NCBI GenBank assembly: GCA_964252035.1
Contig: OZ176204.1
Length of the DNA: 64,000 nt
DNA from: Podarcis erhardii
Lineage: Eukaryota
Strand: one strand, 5' to 3'
Shown here one piece after another: positions 13,050 to 24,124 of the stretch (the first letter of the stretch is position 1; each line of letters begins with the position of its first letter). The notes under the pieces were generated by a model. It was not told the origin of the DNA and ran no database searches. It saw nothing but the letters and a program-made list of their open reading frames with translations. Made by a program: the position numbers and the translations under genes.

Positions 13050-13158
13050 GGGCTACAGACTATGTGGGCCACAGAATAAAAACATTTATTAGTCATTTAA
13101 GATGCCACAAGACTCTTTGTTGTTTTATAACAGACTAACGTGGCTTCCCTTCTGGAAA
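13050..13158 (+). mobile_element. Old Penelope-like element 3' fragment
   Basis: aataaa...ttagtcatttaagatgccacaagactctttgttgtt...cagactaacgtggc resembles the 3' end of the Penelope copies at 46.5 and 47.1 kb. Confidence 0.5.
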
Positions 13159-14049
13159 TCATTAAGGTCATGTAAAAATCATCTTGAGACAATCTCCCAA
13201 GAGGGTGAAAAGACCTTACTGATATGCTGATAGGCTGGCTAGCAAAGCATGTAGGGTATAATTATTATTGTATTGCTAACCTAAAAAAAACCATTTCAAG
13301 TTTGAGAAATCATCTCATAATGAACATATGGATATATCCTTAAATGTTTGCAGCCAGTAATGCCAATGCCTCTCTCAATCATACATTTTTAAAATACAGA
13401 TATTCTTCTCTCTCCATTATGGGTGCTTTGTATTGTTTCCATTTTGATCTACAATGCAAACACACATGTTGAAGTTACAATGATCTTGTCCTGCAACTGG
13501 GGATTCCTTTCTGTAAAAATGTTTAGGCCTGAGATGTTTGTTTAAAACACATGCCCAAGTATTATGCTTCTTGCAAAATGAACTAAACTAGTATGATGAT
13601 TACCATTATTGTGAATTATGCCAGTGCTGGGCTTTATAAAATTAATGCAAATATTGCCCTCAAGCAGTAGCCTGCGTGCAGAGACAATGACATATGGTGT
13701 ATGAGAATCAGAAGATGAAATGGAACTGAGCTCTCCTGTTCCAATGTGAGTTATAAACAGGCACTAGAAAAGTGAAAATGATAAATATTTTATATAAGGG
13801 AGGGGAAAGACAGTGCACAAGCCAAGTGCAACCTGCCATAAAAAATTGAAATGATAATATTGATGTTAAGTCAGAGTTACTTTTTCTTTCTTCGCTGCCT
13901 TTAATTATGCATTTATTTATTTTGCAAAGTAATTGCACACTGTTGTTTTAGTGGACTGGAACGGTCGTCTCTCTACATATCACAAAGAAGCCATGCTTTG
14001 CAAGGTGATTTAATTTGCATTGTATATATATACATCCTAAAAGAAACTG

Positions 14050-17000
14050 CGGCTTTCCCGAAAGTCCTATTTACTGGTCCGTATGGGGGCGGGGAGCGGG
14101 GATGGCACTACCAATCTGCAGCTAGTAAACAAGAGGTGAGCGCAAATCTGCGCCTGCCCTCCGCACGAAGGTTTACGGTAGAGCACTGGCTTCACAAAGC
14201 CTTTGATGTGCCAAAAATTCAAAAGCAAAGCGAAGTGCGACAGAAGCCTGAAAACATCCTGGAAAAAACTTCCAATCTTTTATCAAGGCCTATGAGTTTC
14301 TGGTATCTTGACGGGCATAAATCCAGCTGGTGGAAAAATAAACAGAGAGGAAAGCCTTTCAAACAGAAATAACTTTTACTGCCTGGCACAGCACCCGCCC
14401 CATCTGTGCCCCAAGGAAGGAGGACACGGAGCATTTTCTGGGCGGCCTGAGCGTGCTCTCCTTCGGGAGAAGCAGGGAGCCCGCAGATAAAGGATTTCAT
14501 CACTTGCTTTGCAATCCTGCAGGAATTTACGAGGGGCTCTGCCATTCTCTGCCTCGCCGCGCAGGCAGGGGAAAAGGCTGCATCTCGCGGCACCCCTTCC
14601 TGCCCTTGCCGCGGCTGCGCTTCTTCGCCTTGGCGAGGAGGGCGCCGGCCCCTTTAAGCGGAGACTATGACATCACCCGACCACAACTCCCAACAAGGAC
14701 ACCCTCTCGGCTGCAGGCGCCTCCCCTTGATCTCCAGGCTCAGCAACGCGTGACGTCATAGGGATGAAGGGGCGCCCCCATTGGCGGAGAGGCCCGGGAT
14801 AGCCGCGCCTTCCGAGTTAGAGCGGGGCCAATCAGAGGAGAGGAGTTTGTCTCCATGTGGAAACCATGTGGTTCTGAGCAGGAGGAGGAGCCGGGGCTGA
14901 TTATACTGTAACCCAGCCAGGCGGATCAGAGTGCAGCCGAGGCAGCCCCGGCGTTTGCATTGCTGATGAAACTTCGGGGGGGGGGGAGAGAGGCGGGGGC
15001 TGCGCGTGGACGCTGCCCAAGTCCTCACGCCTTGTTTGTGTGTATGTGTTTTTTTAAAGAAGTTGTACAAAATGGCATTGGATAAGCGCATTTTAAAAAG
15101 TTTTAGTGAAGCAGAGCTGCATGCGCGGGGGGGGGGGGGGCTGCAGCACTGTTGTTTGCAAATGCAGGCGGTGGAGAGAAGAGAAGCCAGCATCTGCTCC
15201 TCAGCATTTTCTAACCGTGCACAAGGTGTGATAAATCCAGAGTAAACCGAGAAAGATGCTTGTTCCCCGAAGGGGTGGGGTGGGGGACGCGCACGTGATT
15301 TCCCTGGAGGAGATTACAACTCACCAAACCGACAGCCCCACAGACTTTCAAATCGGGTCCAGTGGGACTGCAGTGTTATTCCACGGAGGCGTTATGAATA
15401 CTCGTATTGCTTTCTGAAGCCAGTGCATTGCTGCTGCTGCCGCCTCTCCATTTACCCAAGTAGCTTGGAGAGCGTCCCCAAAAATTCGGGATAATCGAAA
15501 AGTTCGCATTAATGAGAGTGCTGCTGTTTACATCAAGTTTCATATTTATATAGGCCTTCCTGCAGGAGACACCTGGCGAATTCAAAATAAATAAGGCTGT
15601 AGGAGGAGGACATAATGGAGGCGAGGAGTGTTCCTACCGCATATGCCTTGCTGATTCAAAGAGAATATAAAAATAAACCATTAAACTGACAGCAACATTT
15701 AACAACACGCAGATCTTCCGCTGTAAGCAAAATTACTGTTTTGAGTTCAACTACTGTCAGCACCGACAGCCCATGTAAGATAACTGGCGGGGCTACTTCT
15801 ACAGAACTAGCAAGACAATGCGTAGGTTGCTGCGTTGATGTAATCCCTTGTTTTCTCTCTTTCTTTGGCATTGGATGAGGTCTTTTTAGAAAGCTTGGAA
15901 GAGGTTTTTTAAATTCTCTGGAGGGAAACTGATACTGTATTTTGGTGCAGGTTTGCTTTTGTAAGCTCAGAAAGAGAGAGGCGAGCCTGACCCAGTTATG
16001 TACACCACCTTCACCTGCACTAATGAAAGGAGGTGACCAAGAGACATGGACAGGTCCCACACGGGCCAAGTTGCCGAGAAAGAGAACTGCGGGCGCCACC
16101 CCACCCTGGCTACTTTGCTCTTCGCCTACGTGACTTCCTATTGGAAAGATAGGGAAGGTTGGGGGGTGGGATCCTGCTCCATTAATTGAGCTCATCTGCC
16201 CTGTGCGATCCGGCCGTGTCAAGCGAAGGTCCCTCCACCTGAGTCCTCAAAAGTCTGGTTGGGCGACTCAGGAGGAACAGGATTTACAAGGAAACGAGCT
16301 GCCTTCTAAAAATATTTCCATTGATGACAGCAAGGCCTTTGCCATTGCAAAGCTCGACGACCAGGAGGAGGAGGAGGAGGGAGGCTTTGTCGAGTCTTCG
16401 CCCTCCATCCTCCTCCCGGAAACAATACCCATATCCACTTATTCATTAAAAAGAGAGAGAGAAAGCGATCAACAAAGGCTAAGCGAGTTGAGCTGCAATG
16501 GAAATTTACACGGGGGGGATTGCGCGGGGGCGACAGAAGGGGGGGGGAGCGCTAGATCCGTCAGGCCCACTTTGTCCGTGGGGCCGAAACAACAAACACA
16601 CAACCCAGAGACTGCTCGCAAGATGCAAATAATAAACTTAAACCTAAGGGGAGCGAGTTATTTCAACACCCCACCCCTTCTTCCCCACTGCAGGGGCTGA
16701 CGCGATGCATTGCTTTATTTATTTCCCCCCTGACCTTCCTGGTACAGTAGATCACACGCCAGCGAGGTTTGGTTAAAACGATCCCCGGCTTGTTATTGTT
16801 CTAGGAGCCCCGCGCGAAGACGTTGCAAACGAGCGTTTCCCGACGGATTGTTATTTTCGCTGACGGCGACGCTAGCGAGGGGGGAGGGGTGCTGGGGCAA
16901 ATCCTTTTCCACCAGAGGGGGAAGAGGGAGAAAAATACACATCTCTCTCTATTTGGCTACCCCGCTTTTGTTCCCTTTTCACTTATTATCCGGCTCGGGT

Positions 17001-17100
17001 TTCTGGACGGAGGAGGGAGGGGGAGGAGTGCAAGAGTTTAAAAATATAAACAAGCTCCCTCCTCCCTTTTCCTTTCTGCTTAAATCTTCGAAGTATTCCG
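14050..17100. promoter_or_regulatory. CpG-island-like region in the MXI1 first intron
   Basis: Several CpG-dense blocks; E-box CACGTG 15292-15297, HRE-type TACGTG 16127-16132, octamer ATGCAAAT 16623-16630. Confidence 0.7.
14620..14840 (-). promoter_or_regulatory. Candidate internal (third) MXI1 promoter
   Basis: Two CCAAT boxes (14828-14832, 14780-14784), perfect CRE TGACGTCA 14751-14758, SBS-like ACCACAACTCCCA 14680-14692, TGACATCA 14668-14675 and a TATA-like TTAAAG 14657-14652, ordered for minus-strand initiation. Confidence 0.6.
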
Positions 17101-17661
17101 TTTGTCTACAAGCCGAGCATAAAGTTTGTTTTGCATTGTCTCCCCTCCTCCCTCCACACCAGCCCCTAGTTGGGCCAGTTTTGTTCTCCCCCCCCCCTTT
17201 TGACACATTACCAGTCTTTTATGGGAACGGGAGATCTCAGAAAAACATGCCACAAAGATGCAAATATAACATGATGACATTGTTCTGGGTCACTTTACGG
17301 ATAGCACGGCTTGTGGCTTTGCTTTGTTTCTGTTTCTAAAAAAAGAGAGAACTATACAAAAACAATGTTTTTCTAATTCGATCGGGTGTGTTTTTTTTTA
17401 ATAAAAAAAATCGAAATCTCTTGGTGCATTAAAAAAGAAATACCGTATATATTTGCTGGGATGTGGTTGTAAGGGTGAAACTAACCGAGAGTTTAGCCTG
17501 ATCTGGTAGCCCCGGCTCTCTCTTTCTGTCTTGTTGCATCTTCATGAAGATTTTCTTCATTTTCTGTTGTCATCGCACATGCCTGGCTCTCTTTATTTTA
17601 TTTTTTATTTTTTTAAGGAGCAGCAGAAGAAGGAACCAAACATAACCAAAACTCCACTTAC

Positions 17662-17905
17662 TTTTGTTTTCCTTCTCGATTTGCTCCAGGTAACTGGCTG
17701 CTTCCAGCAAAATCTGCACGTTCTGTAGGAAAGTGTTGATCTTCTCCATGGAGTCCTCGCTGCTGGTGTTGAAAATGTCACTGAACGGGCACCTGGACAT
17801 ATTATCTGCCACTGGCAGTTGCTGCTGCCGCGGCTGCCCTACGCCAGGCTCCACAGCATCCTCTTCACATTTGAATTCCTTCCTCGGCCTGCCACGTTTC
17901 CCCAT
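17662..17905 (-). CDS. MXI1: MXI1 distal alternative first coding exon (MXI1-0/SR-alpha type, second SID-like helix)
   Basis: ATG at 17905, [10 protein letters not shown]...[44 protein letters not shown] (81 aa) plus A, donor AAA|GTAAGT at 17661-17660; 244 nt, phase 1; in frame with the exon at 441 (ENKKCEHGY). Confidence 0.95.
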
Positions 17906-18108
17906 TGCTTCTGCAAATGGAAACTTTGAAATTTTTAAAGCCCTTTTGGCCGACTTTCCTCCTCTTGTTGCAGTTTGTGTGAGTGTGTGAGAGAGAGTGA
18001 GTGTGTATGTCTAGGAGAGATTGAATGAATCAAGGGACCTCTTGATTCAAAGACTCCGGGCAGGTCCTAGTGCTCGTCTTTTTCCTTGTCTATTAAAAAT
18101 GGGAGTTC

Positions 18109-18110
<2 letters not shown>

Positions 18111-18165
<55 letters not shown>

Positions 18166-18166
18166 T
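18111..18166. repeat. (CTTT)14 microsatellite
   Basis: Perfect tetranucleotide run about 200 bp upstream of the distal MXI1 ATG. Confidence 0.95.
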
Positions 18167-20462
18167 CCTCTGTTTTACTCAAAGGATTGAGCAGAGGTTC
18201 AACCACATTTCTTTTTTTAAAAAAAAAACCATAAACCCCTATTGGAATAAAACACATATTATCCCTGCACAGTGTTATATAGGTGAAAAAGGTTCCCTGA
18301 CCCCAAGGAGCTTACAGTCTGATTCTCTGTCAAACACTGGGAGAGGGAAGTGCAGTACAAAGGTTGGGAGGGGAAAACTTGAGGAAATGGAGTTACATGA
18401 TGTACGTAAAGCTGAATTACGACTGGGAATAAAGGTTAAGCCAAAGGGTGTCTACAAATAGTGGAAATAATTATAACATATTATTTTTCATTTTCTAATG
18501 AACAACACATACCTTTTCCTTTTGTCATTTCAAGTGTAAGTCACATAATCATTAAGAAACTTATACCTGGATAAGCCGGTATTATGGTGTATTGCTTTTT
18601 CTTTTTCATAATTCTGAAAAAAACCGAAACAGTGTAAATAGTGGTTGACATAGCCCACAACTGAAACAGAAGAGAAAAAAAATGGAAAAGGCTTACAAAA
18701 TGGCAGTAGATGGCTATAAAATAAGGACAAACATCTCTTATTCCTAAATGTTGAAAGGCTTATTTGAGTTGTACATGGAACACTTGAGCTCTAAAAAATT
18801 GAAACATAAATATAAAATGCTTTTAAAAAACTGGGATGGGAACAGGAGGATGTTGTACACTGAATTTTCCTATTGGTGTGAATGAAATGTAGCACAACAT
18901 GACAATGGTATATCAATTTTTTAAAAGTCCACAGGTATGCTGTTTAAAAAGGAATATTAAAATCTGGGACAGAAACACTGGCATCATAAGCAGAAAAACT
19001 AACACAATAATCCCCACATCTGAATTCTCTCTCTCTCTTACATTTCCCAACTGATAAGATCTTGTAGTTTGAAGACCAAGGAAATTTATTTTCCCCACAA
19101 AAGATGAACTTGCTGTGGAAAAGACTCACAGTTCCTCTGAACAACTGTGCAACAACTTAGTCTTGATTGTGAAATAAACAATAATCAGGAAGGACTACCA
19201 TAGAACTACCACATGAAAGACAGAAATTCAGTAATTTAACACACATATGATGTGAGCATCATTTCTCATGCTGCACTGTCAGGAGCTGCTGGACGCAGCT
19301 GCCCCATGTGGTTAATCACTAAACTGCAGGCAGCATTTTCTTTAAGTAGAGTACCTTCAGACCTGGACTGACTGCCCATCCAAGCTGGCCATGGGATCTT
19401 CCTGGGCAGAAAGGACTACTATAACAAGCTTCCTGTTCCAGCGATGCCTCACCTGAAAAACAAGGTTTTCCTGAGGAGTGGCGTGTTCTTGTTTCCTGGG
19501 TCTGGTTCCTAGTTTGTCCTCTGGTTTTGATTTGCTTTATTGACAAAATATTACTAAAACAAATGATCAAAATGCCCCATTTCACATCATGGAATCTTAG
19601 GAGTTTCAATTCATTTTTGTGTGCTTTTTATGTGTATTTATGTTGCTGTCTTAACTGGTTTTTAGGCTGTGTTTTTGCTTTAATGTTTTCATTCTATATT
19701 TGTTTTTCAAGCTGCACACTGCTTAGAGATTTGTACAAAGGTAAGAGTCACATCCATTCTTCTGACCATTTTTGCCACCGACTTCACCCAACACTGACAT
19801 GTGGCCCCTGGAAAGTTCCCCATGTAGAAATGTGGTTCTCAGCTAAAATGGGTTCCCGATCCCTGGTTTAAGGGATACTTCTGACACCAATGTTCCCTTT
19901 CTATCAGAGGTGCTAAAACAAATACTAGAATTACCTACTGAGGGATTCTGATGCCAGATTAAAATTGGACCATGGTTAAAATTACCTATGACCACTATTA
20001 CCTTAGTCTTCACCTCATGTACCTTTTAATGTGGACTATTTCCTCACTCAGCAGTGAGTGAACTATATCTTCTACAATAAGTATTACAGTGTTGATGTTA
20101 GATATATATTTCCAGAAGTATATATCAAAAGCTCACTGTTTTCGTTATCTCTTTTTAAACAAGTGTGCCCAATACAATGGTTATATTAAAATGCATATTA
20201 CAGAGATGACCGGCTTTTAATTGCTAGAGAATAGATGGCTGCCATTCAGATGCATAACATGAGCCAGAGGTTTGGTACTATTTTTTATGTAACCATTTAT
20301 GATTTTATCTGTGTAGGAAAAGGGTTAACATGAATAAACAGACATTGATTTTTCTGCTTCCTATAACAAAATATTGTGTAGCCCCCAAATCTATTACATA
20401 TTTTGGAAATTGACATGTCTCTCTGCCCATCTGTTCTCTGTGTTTCGGACACCTCTTGCCAT

Positions 20463-20850
20463 CCAATTTGGCACAAGGGTTCCCTTGGTGGAGGAACTGC
20501 TTGTCTGTATATTGGATGCCATTTTGAATCAAGTCGGCAAACTGAAACGTTCCATACTGCGCTTATTTGCACCCCTCTTGAGATTTTGTCGCCAAACTTG
20601 GCGCATCAGTTCACAAGATAGAGGAATCAGTTAGGATATCATCACATGCCATTTTGAATTAAGATGGCAGACAGAAATGTTCAGAATTGCACTGATTTGT
20701 ACATCTCTGAAAATATTGCCACCCAATTTATCACAAAGGTTCCTGATGCTGAGGAACGGCTTTTGGATACTATTGGACACCATTTTGAATCAAGATGGGC
20801 TACTGATCCTTTCAAAACTACACTGATTTGTAGACTTCTGAAGATAATTC
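20463..20850. repeat. Degenerate ~130-bp tandem array (3 units, plus a partial unit near 21514)
   Basis: Unit starts ccaa(t/a)(t/c)t at 20463, 20592, 20723; core (G/A)CCATTTTGAAT(C/T)AAG at 20518, 20648, 20779; followed by ca(a/g)aa(c/t)t(g/a)cactgattt in units 2-3. Confidence 0.7.
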
Positions 20851-22289
20851 AAACGCTAGGCTGCTGCTGGAAGAACCCTATTCAGAGGAACACTTGGCAT
20901 TCCCCAGAGCAAACATTACAGAGGAGTAGACTCTGAAAATGAACAGTAGGGGATACAGGTCTCTCAGGAGTCAAAGTACCCCAACCTCCTCTACAAGACA
21001 CAGAGGGTCCCTGAACAGAATCAGAGGCTAAGCCACCACCCAATCTGGGGACCACCAGTACCTAAATATGCAGGCCCATTCAGATGCCAGATACTAGAGT
21101 GCCCATTTGGAGAACAAGGACTCCTCAGGAGTAAAAGACTATTTGTGGGGAAGCTGTTTGTCACAAGTAGACCAAACTCTTCATGCAACCCAGATGGTCT
21201 GCAACTTTGCTGTGGGTGGGACTCTAAAGTTTCTTGGTTAAAAGTTCCCAGTTCCTGGCAAAGAATGCCAGAATGTCTTTGTACCAGCTCTTTGGCTGGC
21301 CTTTGTTTTGACCTTGGACTGTTCCTTGACCTTGTCTCTTGTGCTTTGACTTTGGACTGTGACCAGATCTCTCTTTTCAGATTGCCCCGTGAGTGGTCTG
21401 GGAACTGCTGGACTTGGTTTCATTCGAAAAAGGACGGTAAATTTTTCATGACGGTTCCTGAGATCAAAGAGGAGATTTTTGTCTATTGTTGGGTGTAATT
21501 GCATTCTGTATTTAATCAAGATGGTGGACTAAATCTTTCAAAACTGCCTTGATTTTAACCACAGATTTCAAAACTGCACTGGTCCCACCCCCACCCCCCT
21601 CCTTAGCAGTGCTGGGCTATACAAGGCACTTTCTGCTAGTATATTATAATACAAACTATTGTGCATACAGCATTTCATCTGAACTGGGCCTTGGTCAAAA
21701 ACCATGCAAATGTGGCCTGGAGCAGTAAATCTATTAAAGTAAAACATTGTAAACTGAACTGCAAAGTCTCAATGCTGCTAAAGACTTGACCTAGCTTTTT
21801 GCAGATGTAAATATCATTGCACTTAGTTTTCACACACTAAGGTAGGGGATAGATCAGGCCTGGTAGATTTGGCCTGGGTTCCACAGAGAACATGTTGCTA
21901 GGGGAGTGCTATAATAAATAAAGTGGTGTCTTTGTTACAACTCCAGACAGTTTTGATGGATTAATAGTACAGAACGATGTGTTCTAAAATGCAGAAACTA
22001 CTGGTAGCCGGTACTGTAAGTGCCACACTCTCAAATGCTACCATGTGCTTCTGTTGTTAAGTTCAGCTTCAACTGCAAGTTTTAGCAAGTGTGGATATGT
22101 GTTCATGCATGCACGTGTATTGTGAGGGAAAAGTGCAGACTCTGGTACTGTTGCATAACCTTAATATCTTGAAACTTGATGTTACAGGGCCAACCTGTGT
22201 AAATCAACAAAGAGCTCATGGATTGAATTCTCATTCATACAATTGACTAAAATCATGAAAGACTCAATGGCTTATTTGTTAAAAAAAAA

Positions 22290-22856
22290 TTTTTTTAAAT
22301 AATATTTATTAGCAGTTTAAAGATTACAAAAGAAAAGAAAAAGAATTAAACAATACAATACAATACAAAAACAAAAACAAAAACACCACACAACCCAAAC
22401 CCTAAAACATTGAATTAAAAACAAAAACAATTAAAAACACATCCAATAATTTCAATATCATAACTTTCGTTTACTTGTTTCAGCGACCTCCTCACACCTC
22501 CCTTTTTGTATTCCACTTCAATTAACTGCTTCAGCAATTCCTTTCCATCTTCCTCTGTTTTCTGTCCTGTAATTTATCTTAACATATTCTAACCTTGTTT
22601 TTTCCCTTTAATACATTTACAATCTGTCTATACCTAATTCCTCATTTCTGCTAAAGCCATATAACTTCATTCCATCATTTTTCTAACATTCATTAATTTT
22701 ATAATATTTCTGTAAATAATCTTTAAATTTTTTCCAGTCTTCTTCCACTGACTCTTCTCCCTGGTCTTGGATTCTGCCAGTCATTTCCGCCAATTCCATA
22801 TAGTCCATCAACTTCATCTGCCATTCTTCCCGGGTGGGTAAATCTTGTGTCTTCCG
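22290..22856 (-). mobile_element. L1 LINE 3' fragment
   Basis: Minus-strand ORF2 C-terminus ...PTREEWQMKLMDYMELAEMT...EEDWKKFKDYLQKYYKINEC*, AATAAA (22310-22305) plus short A-tail, TTAAAAAAA duplication on both flanks (TTTT/AA target). Confidence 0.8.
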
Positions 22857-23870
22857 TTAAAAAAAATAATAATTATTCACTATGTGCAATTGTAATATTA
22901 TCTGACTGCAGCAATCATGTCATGACAATCCTGTGAGACGGAATTTGAAAAGTGAGCAGGATGGAAACAATGCCATTTGAACACAGGAAAGTGAGAGGGT
23001 AACAGTTCAGACATACTTTATCTTGCTATCATTGTTATGTGTAGCTAGCATATTGTGAGTGAAGGCACTGAAAATAAAGTTGCCAGACCCCTTGGGGGGT
23101 CACATTTGGAAGACCGTGTACAGTTCTACTTGTTCCATCTTCAAGAATGATATCATAGCACTGGAAAAGATATAGAAACAACCACACAATACCTCAAAAC
23201 ACATCATATATACACATATATGTATATATGATGAAGTATCACCAATAAAATGATATGAGCCGTAGTATAACTAATATAAAAAAGCCAAGAGGAACAATCA
23301 ACTGAAAGCCTTCTGGAAGAGCCATGGTTTAGTCAAGCACCTAAAACAAGGTTGGGGAACCTGCTATCTCCAGATGTTGTTGGACTCAACTGCCACCAGC
23401 CCCAGACATCATGGCTAACAGTCAGTATTGATGCGAGTTATGTAGACCAAAAACCTCTGGAGGGCACCCCATCCCTAGCCTAAAAGAATGAAATGTTGGG
23501 GCCTGATGAACCTCCTCTAGGAGGCCATTCCGGGAAGCGAGTGAATATTGGGTACAAAGAATATTTCCAAGCTTTTCATAAAAACGACAGTGCTTTCTTA
23601 CCAGTCCATCTTTAAAGCATCTATTTTCCTTGGAGGGCTATACCCATTCAAATCCAGAAGCGACTTATCAGCTGGCGTAGAGCCACTAAGCTAGCATCCT
23701 TGCAGGTGGGTTGCTGTTGCTTACTGGGAGGGAGGTGAGGCAGCAGGGAGGTTGGTGCCATAGAAGAGTGCTAGATTGATTCTGGTGGTGCATTTGCACC
23801 ATTCTGACCTCCCTACTGCCCCACCGTTCCTGGTAGGCAACAGTGACCCAGCTGTTGAGAAGATAGAGTA

Positions 23871-24124
23871 CAGTCATACCTCGGGTTGAATATGCTTCAT
23901 GTTGAGTGCATTCGAGTTGTGCTCCGCGGCAACCCGGAAGTAATGGAGTGCGTTACTTCTGGGTTTCGCCACTCGCGCATGCGCAGACGCTCAAAATGAC
24001 GTCATGCGCAGAAGCAGCGAAAAGCGATGCACGCGTGTGCAGACGTGCCGTCGCTAGTTACGTTTGCTTCTGGATGCGAACGGGGCTCCGGAACAGATCC
24101 CGTTCGCATCCCGAGGTACCACTG
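23871..24124 (+). mobile_element. CpG-rich Tigger-like MITE, family T2
   Basis: TIRs CAGTCATACCTCGGG...CCCGAGGTACCACTG, TA duplications at 23869-70 and 24125-26. Confidence 0.8.

Noticed and set aside
14219-16700. Several 100-190 aa ORFs on both strands in the GC-rich intron (14219-14593, 14756-15193, 15656-16222, 16203-16700)
   Set aside because: Expected in GC-rich DNA; no homology recognised and no splice sites in a phase compatible with MXI1.
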